A DNA stretch of 64,000 bases, taken from positions 96,001 through 160,000 of the IMG/VR virus record IMGVR_UViG_2595698524_000001. One strand, written 5' to 3'. Positions within the stretch are counted from its first letter, which is position 1. Each line of letters opens with the position of its first letter. Both the position numbers and the translations under genes were made by a program. Source of the stretch: a virus (lineage: Duplodnaviria; Caudoviricetes). Under the pieces are notes generated by a model. That model was given only the letters and a program-made list of their open reading frames with translations. It made no database searches and was not told the DNA's origin. Shown piece by piece: positions 17,221 through 26,743 of this stretch.

Positions 17221-17739
17221 ATGGAACTGAACTTTTACACACCGCGCGAAAAAGCGTATCTGAACGGCCAGATTCAGGCGGGGAAAGCCAACATTAATAT
17301 CGAACCCCTGAAAGAAATCGTGGCCCGTAAATTCCCGAACGATAACTGGGACCGTATATATTTTGTAGCAAAGGCCGTAGGCAATGCCTTGGCTAGTCTG
17401 GCGGCGATGAATACCTGCCACCGCGATAAATGGGAATGGTATGTACCAAAGACCCCATCGAGCATTTACATCGATGGATTTCAGCATCCCATCTACACCG
17501 TGGCGCACAACAAAGCGGCAAGTGATTTGCTGAAAGTCATTTGGGACCGTCCGCGCCGTGAACTCGTCGCAGCAGTTGAAGTATTAAAAGAAGCCGGATA
17601 CGAGGGACTAACGGGAGTATGGATTGACGAAGAGGACGACAAAGGCGAATACCTCACGTTAATCTGGCACGGTAAACGTGTACCCTCCACTCGTAACATG
17701 ATCTACTTGTACAAAGGCAGTCAGGGACGTCCTAACTAA
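17221..17739 (+). CDS. hypothetical protein
   Basis: GGAG RBS, 172 aa. Confidence 0.75.
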   Translation: MELNFYTPREKAYLNGQIQAGKANINIEPLKEIVARKFPNDNWDRIYFVAKAVGNALASLAAMNTCHRDKWEWYVPKTPSSIYIDGFQHPIYTVAHNKAASDLLKVIWDRPRRELVAAVEVLKEAGYEGLTGVWIDEEDDKGEYLTLIWHGKRVPSTRNMIYLYKGSQGRPN

Positions 17740-17770
17740 ACGTGACGGTCCCTGTCTGACAGGTGACCGT

Positions 17771-17980
17771 ATGTTTTCACGTTTGTTTTGGTGTATCGTC
17801 CAGCGAGTGAATAAGCGTAATGCTGAACTCATGAAGCGAAACAATGACCTGACCGCTATGCTGAATAGCGAGAAGCTCGCACACGTCCAGACAAAGGATG
17901 AAGTATTGGGACTCAAAGAGATTATTGCCCGGCACGAAGTGGGTATGGCGGACTTAGTAAGGAAGCTTGACAATGTGTGA
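17771..17980 (+). CDS. small coiled-coil hypothetical protein
   Basis: AGGT RBS and a heptad-like pattern. Confidence 0.6.
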   Translation: MFSRLFWCIVQRVNKRNAELMKRNNDLTAMLNSEKLAHVQTKDEVLGLKEIIARHEVGMADLVRKLDNV

Positions 17981-18317
17981 TTTGTGCAAGTTTTTAGACG
18001 ACGGGGTACTGGACCAACTCCATACCTCGTTAGTAGTGGTTCAGATGCTGCCTCAAAAGGGTTGGCGTCAGCGCAAAATGTCAGTCCGCATTATGTCGCT
18101 TCTAACGCGCTACAACGCGCTGAAAGATTTAATGGTAGAAAGACTCGAAGCGGACTATCAAACGTCCTTAGAACGCTATAGGGAAGACCCTAATCAGCGT
18201 AACGAGCTCTTCTTTAGAGAACTGCAACACGCCCGCTCGCAATGGCTGATTAAGCTCGGTGAAATCAAAAAGATGATTGCGAACGCGGAGCCGTGGCTGA
18301 CCGTAATGGAGGCGTGA
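17973..18317 (+). CDS. hypothetical protein
   Basis: AAGGA RBS before ATG 17973 (MCDLC). Confidence 0.65.
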   Translation: MCDLCKFLDDGVLDQLHTSLVVVQMLPQKGWRQRKMSVRIMSLLTRYNALKDLMVERLEADYQTSLERYREDPNQRNELFFRELQHARSQWLIKLGEIKKMIANAEPWLTVMEA

Positions 18318-18601
18318 TGGTAGACGGTCGTTTGTTGTTAAACGATATCATGCTTGGTAAGAAAATTGAGGATACGCACGAGAATGCTGACGCATTACTC
18401 CAGATGTTTATCCCACTCACCTCCGAGCATTATGAAATCCTCCCGATTGGCGTCGAGTATATTTTCCGTTCTCGCGACAAAAAATATGAAGCCGCCCGCT
18501 ACCCGCGGACGTTGGGTGGTCTGATTTTACTCCAGGCTCAGTTCGAAGGTGCGTTGGCGAGAATCCTCGTCTACTACGCAACTGGCGGGCAGGGGTTTTA
18601 A
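18317..18601 (+). CDS. hypothetical protein
   Basis: GGAGG RBS and TGATG overlap. Confidence 0.65.
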   Translation: MVDGRLLLNDIMLGKKIEDTHENADALLQMFIPLTSEHYEILPIGVEYIFRSRDKKYEAARYPRTLGGLILLQAQFEGALARILVYYATGGQGF

Positions 18602-18605
18602 TCGT

Positions 18606-18640
18606 GGGAGCCTTCGGGCTCCTTACCCTTTTATTTTTTT
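18606..18640 (+). terminator. intrinsic terminator (UUCG loop) ending the accessory region
   Basis: GGGAGCC-TTCG-GGCTCCT followed by T tracts. Confidence 0.8.
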
Positions 18641-18711
18641 GTCTTCTCGACTTAACCCTATTCGTATGTATCCACGAGTTACTTTTTAACTTTGTCATAA
18701 GGCGCTTCAAG

Positions 18712-19512
18712 ATGAGGTCAGGCACATTAGAGAATTTAATCTCGCTAATTAATCTCGCTAACTCAGCTGAAACACCCATCGCACTTGAAGATGTCGACGT
18801 TTCAGCACCGTACGAGGTTAACAAAGACGGCTGTAATACCGAGGTAGAAGTTACCGTTAAGCCGTCCTATTTCCCTCTGCGTGGGAAGCAGACGTTTCGT
18901 TATAATCGTCTCCCCATTGGTACAGTGGTAAAAGGTGATTTGGAGCTGTACATGGACCCTGAGATGCGGAACAGTTACGACATGATTCCGTTCTTAAACC
19001 AACAGCTCGGTATTGAACTGACTGAAAGCGACGTCATTAACGACCCGGTGGTGGGCGAGCAGCATACCTTCCGTGCTGCGTCCACATCTTACCAATGGAA
19101 CGACATGGCGTTGGTGTTGTTAAAGCAAGCGACACCGTTGGATGAGGTTATCCTCGCGACGGAGCTTGACGGCTTGAAATATCCTGACACGCAAGAACCA
19201 AAAGGGCAGGCATCAATTTATTCCTACGGGGTGGATTGCTCGCACATCGCATCGTTCCTTTGGGTAATGGCAGCAGGTATTGATTTTGACGACACGGCGT
19301 TGGCGGTGGAGTTCAACAAAGTTGTCCCTGAAGTATGGGTTTCAGTTCCCGAGCCGGCTCCTTGGAACCTGCGTGACTCGAAGTGTGTCTACGAAGGGTT
19401 AACCTCCAGACTGCCCGGTGCCAATACTGACTTCCAACGCGTAGTGTCCATTGAGTTAGGTGCGCTTTGCACGAACTTTGCAGGCACTCTTAACCTACAT
19501 TACAACCCGTGA
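18712..19512 (+). CDS. virion structural protein, paralog array member 1
   Basis: Family motifs NT..., G.QTF.YNRL, LN..LG..L...D, LDG.KYP, YSYG.D, L.LHYN. The track start lies inside the terminator, so ATG 18712 is used. Confidence 0.8.
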   Translation: MRSGTLENLISLINLANSAETPIALEDVDVSAPYEVNKDGCNTEVEVTVKPSYFPLRGKQTFRYNRLPIGTVVKGDLELYMDPEMRNSYDMIPFLNQQLGIELTESDVINDPVVGEQHTFRAASTSYQWNDMALVLLKQATPLDEVILATELDGLKYPDTQEPKGQASIYSYGVDCSHIASFLWVMAAGIDFDDTALAVEFNKVVPEVWVSVPEPAPWNLRDSKCVYEGLTSRLPGANTDFQRVVSIELGALCTNFAGTLNLHYNP

Positions 19513-19521
19513 GGTTAGAAG

Positions 19522-20364
19522 ATGGCTAAGTACACTAAAACCTCCGACGCAATGTTGCTCGACGCGATTAATATCGAGAACAACCTGCAAAATGACCCGC
19601 TGACGTGGAATCAGATTGCAGCGGGTTTCCCAGAGAAGGTTACCACCCCAGGCGCTGACCGTAACACCCGTCTCTTGATTTACGGGTTAAAACAAGGTGG
19701 CTATAAAGGTACGGTAACTTTGCAATACGACCGTATTTCGCTGCCGGAAATCTTCCGCAATGTTACCCCTGTGGTGGTAACCGAGCCTGTCAATTTACTC
19801 AGCCAATTGTTACCTCAACTCAATAAAGCCTACGGGCTGTCCATTACTGCCGACGATATTATCGAGCAGTCTGTTGCTGGGTTGGGTGACGATTTCCTGA
19901 TTAATGTGCAGCTCCGCGCCGGGTGTTTAGCATGGGAAGGGGATTTCGAATTACGCTTTACCAAATTCCGTCCGAAATTAAAAGATATCATCGCAGACGC
20001 TGTGCTGGATGTTATCGTTGCACCGTTCCCGATGGGGGCGAAGCCTCGTGCTGAGTATGTGGCCTACGGGTACGATTACTCCACGATGGGAGAAACGTTT
20101 AAAACGTGGGCTATTAATCGGACATTGACGCAAAACGATATTGATGAACTGAACGAAACCGTGCAGGGGTTAAAGCTGGTCAACAAGACTGGTGCCAACG
20201 CCGCTGCCGGGGAGATAGCGTTGTCGGGGGCGAAAGTCACTACGATTACCAACGTTACTGAAGGCAGTTTGTTTAACGTCGCGTACGAGAAGGCAATCGT
20301 AATTACGCTGGCCACAACCAGTAACTACGAGGGTCAGCTTATCATCCACTACTCATCGCTTTAA
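19522..20364 (+). CDS. virion structural protein, paralog 2
   Basis: RNT, YKG...YDRI, LNKAYGL, AYGYDY, IIHY. Confidence 0.85.
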   Translation: MAKYTKTSDAMLLDAINIENNLQNDPLTWNQIAAGFPEKVTTPGADRNTRLLIYGLKQGGYKGTVTLQYDRISLPEIFRNVTPVVVTEPVNLLSQLLPQLNKAYGLSITADDIIEQSVAGLGDDFLINVQLRAGCLAWEGDFELRFTKFRPKLKDIIADAVLDVIVAPFPMGAKPRAEYVAYGYDYSTMGETFKTWAINRTLTQNDIDELNETVQGLKLVNKTGANAAAGEIALSGAKVTTITNVTEGSLFNVAYEKAIVITLATTSNYEGQLIIHYSSL

Positions 20365-20372
20365 GGATTGCT

Positions 20373-21218
20373 ATGCCTATCTTAAAACGACCCGAGCAGT
20401 TAATAGTCGATCGGATTAACCTTGAGAATAAGACCGACTTAAAGCTTACCGACGTAACTTTATTTACGCCGCGTACGCCAACCACTGCTGACGAGATACA
20501 GACCGCGCAAGGTCGTAACACGGTCGTCCGTATCGCTGCGACACCGCTGGCTAATGCGACCGGGGCGACGTTTGTGTACTATAACCGCCTTGACTTCACC
20601 GCAATGTTCACTGATGCCGATGGTATTCAACCGTTGGTGGTTCCAGTAAACTTTGACACGGTGTTTACGGCGTGGGATGTTGTGTCGTTCATTAACCAGT
20701 ATTACGGGCTGATGCTCGAGACGAAAGATGTGTTGGAAGAGACCATCAATCGTGCTGAATGGACGGTGCAGCTGAAGGCCCATCCTGAGTCCCTTGGCTG
20801 GATTGGCGAAGTGCCTGTTAAACTGGTGCGTGGCGATGCGTTAATTCCAACGAACTTCACCAATGTGCAAATCGCGCCATATGCCTACCCGCACTTCAAC
20901 ACGAAGGTCGGACAGGGTGCCATTTATTCGTACCCGTGGCGTTTTGATGAGTTCGCGGCGGAGCTGCGAGATATGGGCATTACAACCAACGAAGTACGCT
21001 TGGCGCAAATGCTCAAGAAAGTCACTGCGGACAGCTGGATGGTGTACCGTAGTCCGGTTGATTTCAATCTGAAAGAAGCACGGGTCGTGTATAACGGCAA
21101 AAACAGCCGTGACCTACCGACCAACCCCTCAGTTGACAACGTGATGATTATCGAGTTGTCGCTGTACTGTCTCAACTTTGGCGGGCGCTTGTACCTGCAT
21201 TACAATGACCCTGAATAA
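20373..21218 (+). CDS. virion structural protein, paralog 3
   Basis: RNT, YYNRL, IN.YYGL, YSYP, LYLHYN. Confidence 0.85.
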   Translation: MPILKRPEQLIVDRINLENKTDLKLTDVTLFTPRTPTTADEIQTAQGRNTVVRIAATPLANATGATFVYYNRLDFTAMFTDADGIQPLVVPVNFDTVFTAWDVVSFINQYYGLMLETKDVLEETINRAEWTVQLKAHPESLGWIGEVPVKLVRGDALIPTNFTNVQIAPYAYPHFNTKVGQGAIYSYPWRFDEFAAELRDMGITTNEVRLAQMLKKVTADSWMVYRSPVDFNLKEARVVYNGKNSRDLPTNPSVDNVMIIELSLYCLNFGGRLYLHYNDPE

Positions 21219-21231
21219 GGAATATCGTTAA

Positions 21232-22152
21232 ATGAAACCGTTAAACAAAACTGCCGACTTGCTGGTACTGGACCTCATCAATGAGGCCAACGTTGATGCG
21301 AACCTCGACCTGTCCAAAGTCGTTCTGCTTCCTCCTGTTGATAACGACGAAGAAGACGCGATTCGTAACTCCAAGCTGACCGTTAAAGCCCGTAAAAACT
21401 CCGGCTTTATCAAAACACAAGACGTGACCTACGACCGTCTGGTGGGTGAGGCTCTGTTCCGTAATGTGGCGGCGTATCTGGATGTGAAACTGCCAACTAA
21501 GTCAGAAGACCTGTTGGCGACGCTGAACAAACAATACGGCCTGAAGATTCAGCCGGAGGACATTGTCTCTGCGCCGATTGCTCCGGATACCAACCCACCG
21601 CTGGAAGACCCGGAAGCTGATGCACCGCCTGCCGTACAGCACACCATCACCTTCAAAGACGATTGCTATGCGTTTAAAGGTGCTATCAATGTGCTTATCG
21701 GTGAGCGTCCTCAGGTAGGTGAGCGCCTGTCTCTGGTCATCACCAAAACTAAACTGGATGGTATCGCATACCCGGATGGTCACAGCGCCAGCAAAGGTCA
21801 GGCGTACATCTACTCGTACGGTACCGACTGCACTGCGATTCAGGGCTTCCTGAGCAAACTCGCAGTGGGTACGGCGTTGGACGACACCGCCACAGCTACC
21901 GAGCTGAACAAAGTCTTCCCGGAAGAGTGGGTGGCGGTAGAAGGTACTGCCGACTACAACCTGAAAGGGGCAACTGTAGTCTACGCGGGTTCTACTACTG
22001 AAACTGTTACAGACCCGAAAGATTCCGGGTCTACCATTCAGCAGGATGTGCCGGGTGCCGATATGAGCTACAACTCTATCGTCAAGCTGAAACTCGACGA
22101 TTCCAACTGCGCCAACTTCCAGGGCGAATTGTTCCTGCACTTTAACGCGTAA
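21232..22152 (+). CDS. virion structural protein, paralog 4
   Basis: RNS, YDRL, LNKQYGL, LDGIAYP, YSYGTD, LFLHFN. Confidence 0.85.
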   Translation: MKPLNKTADLLVLDLINEANVDANLDLSKVVLLPPVDNDEEDAIRNSKLTVKARKNSGFIKTQDVTYDRLVGEALFRNVAAYLDVKLPTKSEDLLATLNKQYGLKIQPEDIVSAPIAPDTNPPLEDPEADAPPAVQHTITFKDDCYAFKGAINVLIGERPQVGERLSLVITKTKLDGIAYPDGHSASKGQAYIYSYGTDCTAIQGFLSKLAVGTALDDTATATELNKVFPEEWVAVEGTADYNLKGATVVYAGSTTETVTDPKDSGSTIQQDVPGADMSYNSIVKLKLDDSNCANFQGELFLHFNA

Positions 22153-22159
22153 CAACACC

Positions 22160-22197
22160 CCGGGGGAGATCACTCCCCCGGTTCATCTGCTATTTTT
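22160..22197 (+). terminator. intrinsic terminator / hairpin
   Basis: CCGGGGGAG-ATCA-CTCCCCCGG. Confidence 0.65.
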
Positions 22198-22215
22198 GAT
22201 TAGAAGGATGGTATT

Positions 22216-23235
22216 ATGCCAAGTCCATATGCCAAGCCCTCGCAGCAGTTATTTTGGGATTTGGTAAACCGTTCGAATCCTCAGCTTAAGATTCCTTTGT
22301 CAGACGACAACTGCGTTATTTACGGCTACCCTGTGAGTGTTACCCCGAGTGCTGCGACGGGTATGCGTAACACCCGCATTCGTTTGTATGCCAAAGTCGG
22401 CAAAGGGTATAAAGGGGAAATATTCCTTTACTACAACCGCCTGAGCATCACCTCGTTCTTTACGGGCATAGGCACAGTCGTGACCAATTACGCGGCCTAC
22501 AACTATCTCCTGGTTCTGGCGGCTTTCAATAATACTTACGGATTATCCCTCACCAGCACTGACCGAACTTATAACACAAGCCGGAACCCGCCGCCGTGGA
22601 CACTGGGGATGACCATCCCAGACATTATGCGATATGACGGGAGTTACTCATTAGGTAGCTCGGGTGCTGATAACACCATGCTCTTTACCACCTGTCCAGA
22701 ATCACTATGCTGGATTGGCGGTCAAAATATAAACATTAGCCGTATCCGCGGCAACCCTGACTTCGGAACCTTGATTACCAAGCCTGAGATTGCGCAGATG
22801 CGTAAAGTCCCAGTAATGCCGGAAGGTACGTATGACACCGCCCTGCTGACGTGGGGGTACGACTTCACGGATAATTTACCGACGATCTCAAACTTTTTGG
22901 GCAACCCATCGAGCCGCACGTATCAAGTCAACCTCGCCGCAATGCTGGCACAAGTGACGGGTCTACCGTTCGCATGGGGCAGCGGCAACGCCGCCGGCGC
23001 GTTAGACCTGCAAGGGTTTACGTATAACAATTACCAGCAGGCGATTGGGTCGAGGGCGCATTACAATTCCGACGATTTCAACCGGTGTCTGGTAATATAT
23101 CGTGATTATTCCGCAGCGTCCCCACCGCTAGGTTCGGGCTGGTCTACCGAAGGGTGGCAGGGGATGAGTCCTGACCAAGACGATGTGAATGTCACGTTAT
23201 TCCGCCACGCTGTTTTCATGCACTACAACGTCTAA
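22216..23235 (+). CDS. virion structural protein, paralog 5
   Basis: RNT, YKG...YYNRL, FNNTYGL, TWGYDFT, FMHYN. Confidence 0.85.
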   Translation: MPSPYAKPSQQLFWDLVNRSNPQLKIPLSDDNCVIYGYPVSVTPSAATGMRNTRIRLYAKVGKGYKGEIFLYYNRLSITSFFTGIGTVVTNYAAYNYLLVLAAFNNTYGLSLTSTDRTYNTSRNPPPWTLGMTIPDIMRYDGSYSLGSSGADNTMLFTTCPESLCWIGGQNINISRIRGNPDFGTLITKPEIAQMRKVPVMPEGTYDTALLTWGYDFTDNLPTISNFLGNPSSRTYQVNLAAMLAQVTGLPFAWGSGNAAGALDLQGFTYNNYQQAIGSRAHYNSDDFNRCLVIYRDYSAASPPLGSGWSTEGWQGMSPDQDDVNVTLFRHAVFMHYNV

Positions 23236-23249
23236 CCGGAGTAAAAAGA

Positions 23250-24143
23250 ATGTCACGTAACCTTTTCTATTACACCGGATTAGAACGTGTGATGCGAGCA
23301 ATCTCCTTGGCGAATGGGCTTAACCCCACCGTAACCGTCGATAACTGCATCATTTCAAAACCTGCGCCGGTGGCAGGGAGCTGGAAAGAAGTGACCACGA
23401 CCAAAAACACCGTGGTGAAAATTTCCCAAACAGTTCCGGCCGTCACGTACAACGGTAAAAACTGGGTTGTGTACGACCGCGTCCCTATTTCTGCGATGCT
23501 TAATCGTTTACCTGACCCGACGGTTCTACGAGTTGACAATCCGAAAACCGTAAAAGATCTACTGCGCGCAATTAACCGACGTTGGGGTATCGGGTTAGAA
23601 GACCGCGATATTATTGACGACCCGATCGTTTTGGACAGCGATGGGAAAGCGACGGTCACGATGATGATTCATCCGGACAGTTATCTCTACACGGGCAGTT
23701 TCACGTTCAGTGTGGTACCGGGCGATGCCATGTTAAGTGAGAACGTTACCACAACGGCACAAGCTGGCTTTACTTATCCTGACGGTAATATCGACTATGT
23801 CGGCGGTCAGAAGGGTTATGCTCAGCCATACAGCTACAGTTTTGACTTCACTTTAAAAGAGACAGAGCTGCGTGCGCTGAAAGTCGGTACCGACCTCACT
23901 GGTCTGGCGGATATCCTGACCTATATCACGAAGACAACATGGACAGACTCGGCATCTGATGCCGATAACGCCTACACGGTTACGGGTGCTGAGATTCTGT
24001 ACAACGGACTGAACAGTACGGACTACCCAACCAGTTCGGCCTTTAAATATCTGGTGATTGTGAAGATGGGTCCAAAGTGTAAGCTGCAAGGGAAGATGTA
24101 CCTGCAGTTCAACGACAAGGATGACCCGAACTCCCCTAACTAA
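23250..24143 (+). CDS. virion structural protein, paralog 6
   Basis: KNT, YDRV, INRRWGI, YSYSFDFT, MYLQFND. Confidence 0.85.
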   Translation: MSRNLFYYTGLERVMRAISLANGLNPTVTVDNCIISKPAPVAGSWKEVTTTKNTVVKISQTVPAVTYNGKNWVVYDRVPISAMLNRLPDPTVLRVDNPKTVKDLLRAINRRWGIGLEDRDIIDDPIVLDSDGKATVTMMIHPDSYLYTGSFTFSVVPGDAMLSENVTTTAQAGFTYPDGNIDYVGGQKGYAQPYSYSFDFTLKETELRALKVGTDLTGLADILTYITKTTWTDSASDADNAYTVTGAEILYNGLNSTDYPTSSAFKYLVIVKMGPKCKLQGKMYLQFNDKDDPNSPN

Positions 24144-24154
24144 CGGAGGCTGCT

Positions 24155-24973
24155 ATGGCTTTGTATAGCCAGTCTCAGCAACAGTATCTGGTGGATGCTA
24201 TTAACGCCCAAAACCCGGGCGCTATTGACTTACTGACGTTGAAGAACTGCTTCATCGGTAAGCCTAAAGCTATCACCCAGAACTTTCCGACCGACCCGAA
24301 TACCGAAATCACGGTACGTGGTCGTCCGGGGAGCGGGTACAACGGTTCGCAAACGTTCCGTTACACTCGCTTGTCGCTGAGTGATTTGTTCAAAAACTTT
24401 ACGCCTGTGATTACCATGCCGGGTATCGGCACAACGTTACAAGCGGTAGCCAACATTAACGGGCGGTACGGGTTAAACCTTTTGCCTGAAGATGTGGTGT
24501 CGTATTACTTGTACCGCAACTCTTTAAGCCCGTTGCGGGTTTACGGAACCAGTTTGCAGTACACTGGTAGCGTGAATATCAAATACGTGCCGGGCCCGTA
24601 CAGCTTGGAAGAACTGGTGGTAAACAACATCTTAAATGAGTTGAACCACCCGATTGACCCTGACGACGGGAAAAAATGCGGGACAATGCTTGCCTACGGT
24701 GTGGACTTTACTGATGAGTACCAGCTACTCAGCTCGTTTACCGCCGGACCGTTGGGTACTGGAGATAACTTCACCTCTGGCCGTAGTCAGGCGCTGGTTG
24801 ACATGATGGAATCACACGGACTCCCACGTTGGGACTTTACCGGCGCTCGTGTACAAGTGAAAACCACTGCCAATGAAACCCGTGCCGATAAGCGATTCGA
24901 CCGGGTACTTGTTATTACGCTAGTTAACGACCCCGACGTGGCAGGCGATTGGCTACTCCACTACAATATTTAG
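24155..24973 (+). CDS. virion structural protein, paralog 7
   Basis: PNT, YTRL, INGRYGL, AYGVDFT, LLHYN. Confidence 0.85.
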   Translation: MALYSQSQQQYLVDAINAQNPGAIDLLTLKNCFIGKPKAITQNFPTDPNTEITVRGRPGSGYNGSQTFRYTRLSLSDLFKNFTPVITMPGIGTTLQAVANINGRYGLNLLPEDVVSYYLYRNSLSPLRVYGTSLQYTGSVNIKYVPGPYSLEELVVNNILNELNHPIDPDDGKKCGTMLAYGVDFTDEYQLLSSFTAGPLGTGDNFTSGRSQALVDMMESHGLPRWDFTGARVQVKTTANETRADKRFDRVLVITLVNDPDVAGDWLLHYNI

Positions 24974-24985
24974 TAGGAAACGAAA

Positions 24986-25864
24986 ATGGCAATTTATCAA
25001 CCATCGAAAGAGGTGCTGTTGGCCGCTGTTAATGCTCAGAACTCCTTGAACATTAAGCTGACCGACATCACCTATAGTGCCCCCAAAGACATTCGCGGGA
25101 CTGACCAGGCAACCACAACCCAGCGTAACACTCTGGTAAAAATCACCGCCACACCGACCGGGTCGTGGACAGGTAAAAAGAACCTCTTCTATACCCGTCT
25201 GAACATTGAAGATATCCAACAGCTGATCGGTGACACCTTGCAGGTTGGCGGTGTTGAAAAGCTTCACGATGCGCTGATTGGGCTGAACAACCGTTACGGT
25301 TTTGCGTTTGAGCCCGAAGATTTGGTGAATACCGATTTGGAGTGGGAGCCTGACGGTCAAACAGGTTTCTTAGACGTCACCGCCGAGGCTGACTCGCTCG
25401 GTTGGATCGGCACTGCCCGCTTTAAACTGGTGAAAGGTGATGAGTCGCTGCAAACTGCGGTTACCACGACCACCCTGAACGGCCTGAAGTATCCGAACGG
25501 CGATATGGGCTCTGTCAACCAGACGGCTATCCTTGCCGAGGTTTACTCCTATCCGTTCGACTTCACCACACAGCGCGATGCGTTGCTGGTGTTCGGGACG
25601 GGCGTGTTGGCAGCAGGCGCTACCCTCAACAACCTTGTCGGTATCCTCAACCCAATTACGGGTACCACGTGGGTGGCGTCGAACGCAGCATCGTGGGGTC
25701 TGTTGGGTGCGGAAATCACTTACAACGGCCTCAACAAAGCCGAGTTCCCAACCAACAGCAAGTACAAGTACGCGATGGCAATCAAACTGCCAGCTACTAC
25801 CACTAACATCAAGGGCACGCTGTACGTCCAGTATAACGACCCTGACGACCCGAACGAGGTGTAA
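24986..25864 (+). CDS. virion structural protein, paralog 8
   Basis: RNT, YTRL, LNNRYGF, LNGLKYP, YSYPFDFT, LYVQYND. Confidence 0.85.
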   Translation: MAIYQPSKEVLLAAVNAQNSLNIKLTDITYSAPKDIRGTDQATTTQRNTLVKITATPTGSWTGKKNLFYTRLNIEDIQQLIGDTLQVGGVEKLHDALIGLNNRYGFAFEPEDLVNTDLEWEPDGQTGFLDVTAEADSLGWIGTARFKLVKGDESLQTAVTTTTLNGLKYPNGDMGSVNQTAILAEVYSYPFDFTTQRDALLVFGTGVLAAGATLNNLVGILNPITGTTWVASNAASWGLLGAEITYNGLNKAEFPTNSKYKYAMAIKLPATTTNIKGTLYVQYNDPDDPNEV

Positions 25865-25867
25865 TCC

Positions 25868-26695
25868 ATGTTGTCCTACAAAAAGCCCTCTAATGAGCTG
25901 GTATACGACCTGATTAACCTCGCCAACCCCGACTTGCCGATTCCGGTTGATGCTAACAACGTTATCATCGAAAAGATTACGGAAGTCGCGGTGAACGCTG
26001 CGTCTAATAACCGCAACACCTCCGCGCGTTTGCGTGGGGTGCAAGGGATGGGGTATACCGATTCGGTAACGTTGTTTTACGACCGCATCGATTTGAAAGC
26101 GATTCTCCCACTGTACACTCAATCGAAAGCCGGCTTTACGACGTTTACAGCTACCAATGTGCACTCTGCTTTAGCGGCAATCGAAGAAGCGTTCGGCGTC
26201 AAATTCGGTACCATGGACGTGGTGAATACCGGTTTATCCGGTGCTAATACGCCAGATTACACGTACCAGTTTAATCTGACAGCACAGCCCACCTCTCCAG
26301 CGTACCGCGGTTCTCAGGCAGTGCGTTATTACCGGGGTAAACCTGTGTTAGATACGTCGATTACCAAAGACGCGTTGGATGTCTTAAAGCATCCGATTGA
26401 TGAAACGTTAGGTAAAAAGTGTATCGACCTGTTGACTTACGGTATCGACTTCACGGCGTACAAGAACCTGCTGAACGTGACCTCTGCGGGACTACCAAAC
26501 TGGGCAGGATTGCGCACGGTACTGGATCAACTGGGGATTCCGCAGTACGATGGGCCGCTGAACTCTAACACCGTGCAAGATGTCGCAACTTCCACCATGC
26601 CAACGGCGAACAAGAACTTCGACCGCGTTGTGGTGCAGACCGGCATTGACGACACTGGCGTTAAAGGCGTGGCTTATTACCACTATAATAGTTAA
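25868..26695 (+). CDS. virion structural protein, paralog 9
   Basis: RNT, YDRI, TYGIDFT, YYHYN. Confidence 0.85.
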   Translation: MLSYKKPSNELVYDLINLANPDLPIPVDANNVIIEKITEVAVNAASNNRNTSARLRGVQGMGYTDSVTLFYDRIDLKAILPLYTQSKAGFTTFTATNVHSALAAIEEAFGVKFGTMDVVNTGLSGANTPDYTYQFNLTAQPTSPAYRGSQAVRYYRGKPVLDTSITKDALDVLKHPIDETLGKKCIDLLTYGIDFTAYKNLLNVTSAGLPNWAGLRTVLDQLGIPQYDGPLNSNTVQDVATSTMPTANKNFDRVVVQTGIDDTGVKGVAYYHYNS

Positions 26696-26700
26696 CCGTG

Positions 26701-26730
26701 GGGAGAGGGGAAACCCTCTCCCTCTTTTTT
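26701..26730 (+). terminator. intrinsic terminator (GAAA loop)
   Basis: GGGAGAGGG-GAAA-CCCTCTCCC followed by TCTTTTTT. Confidence 0.8.
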
Positions 26731-26743
26731 GAAGGGTATTGCA

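Noticed and set aside
18604-18711. Hydrophobic signal-like N-terminus (MGAFGLLTLLFFCLL) on the first array gene
   Set aside because: It is a translation of the terminator hairpin and its T-tract, and the paralogues lack it.
21502-26164. Long antisense ORFs 21502-22173 and 25370-26164 (and similar ones at 37670-38257, 45432-46067, 50570-51196)
   Set aside because: They lie opposite well-supported genes, have no recognisable motifs and are typical antisense shadows of biased codon usage.
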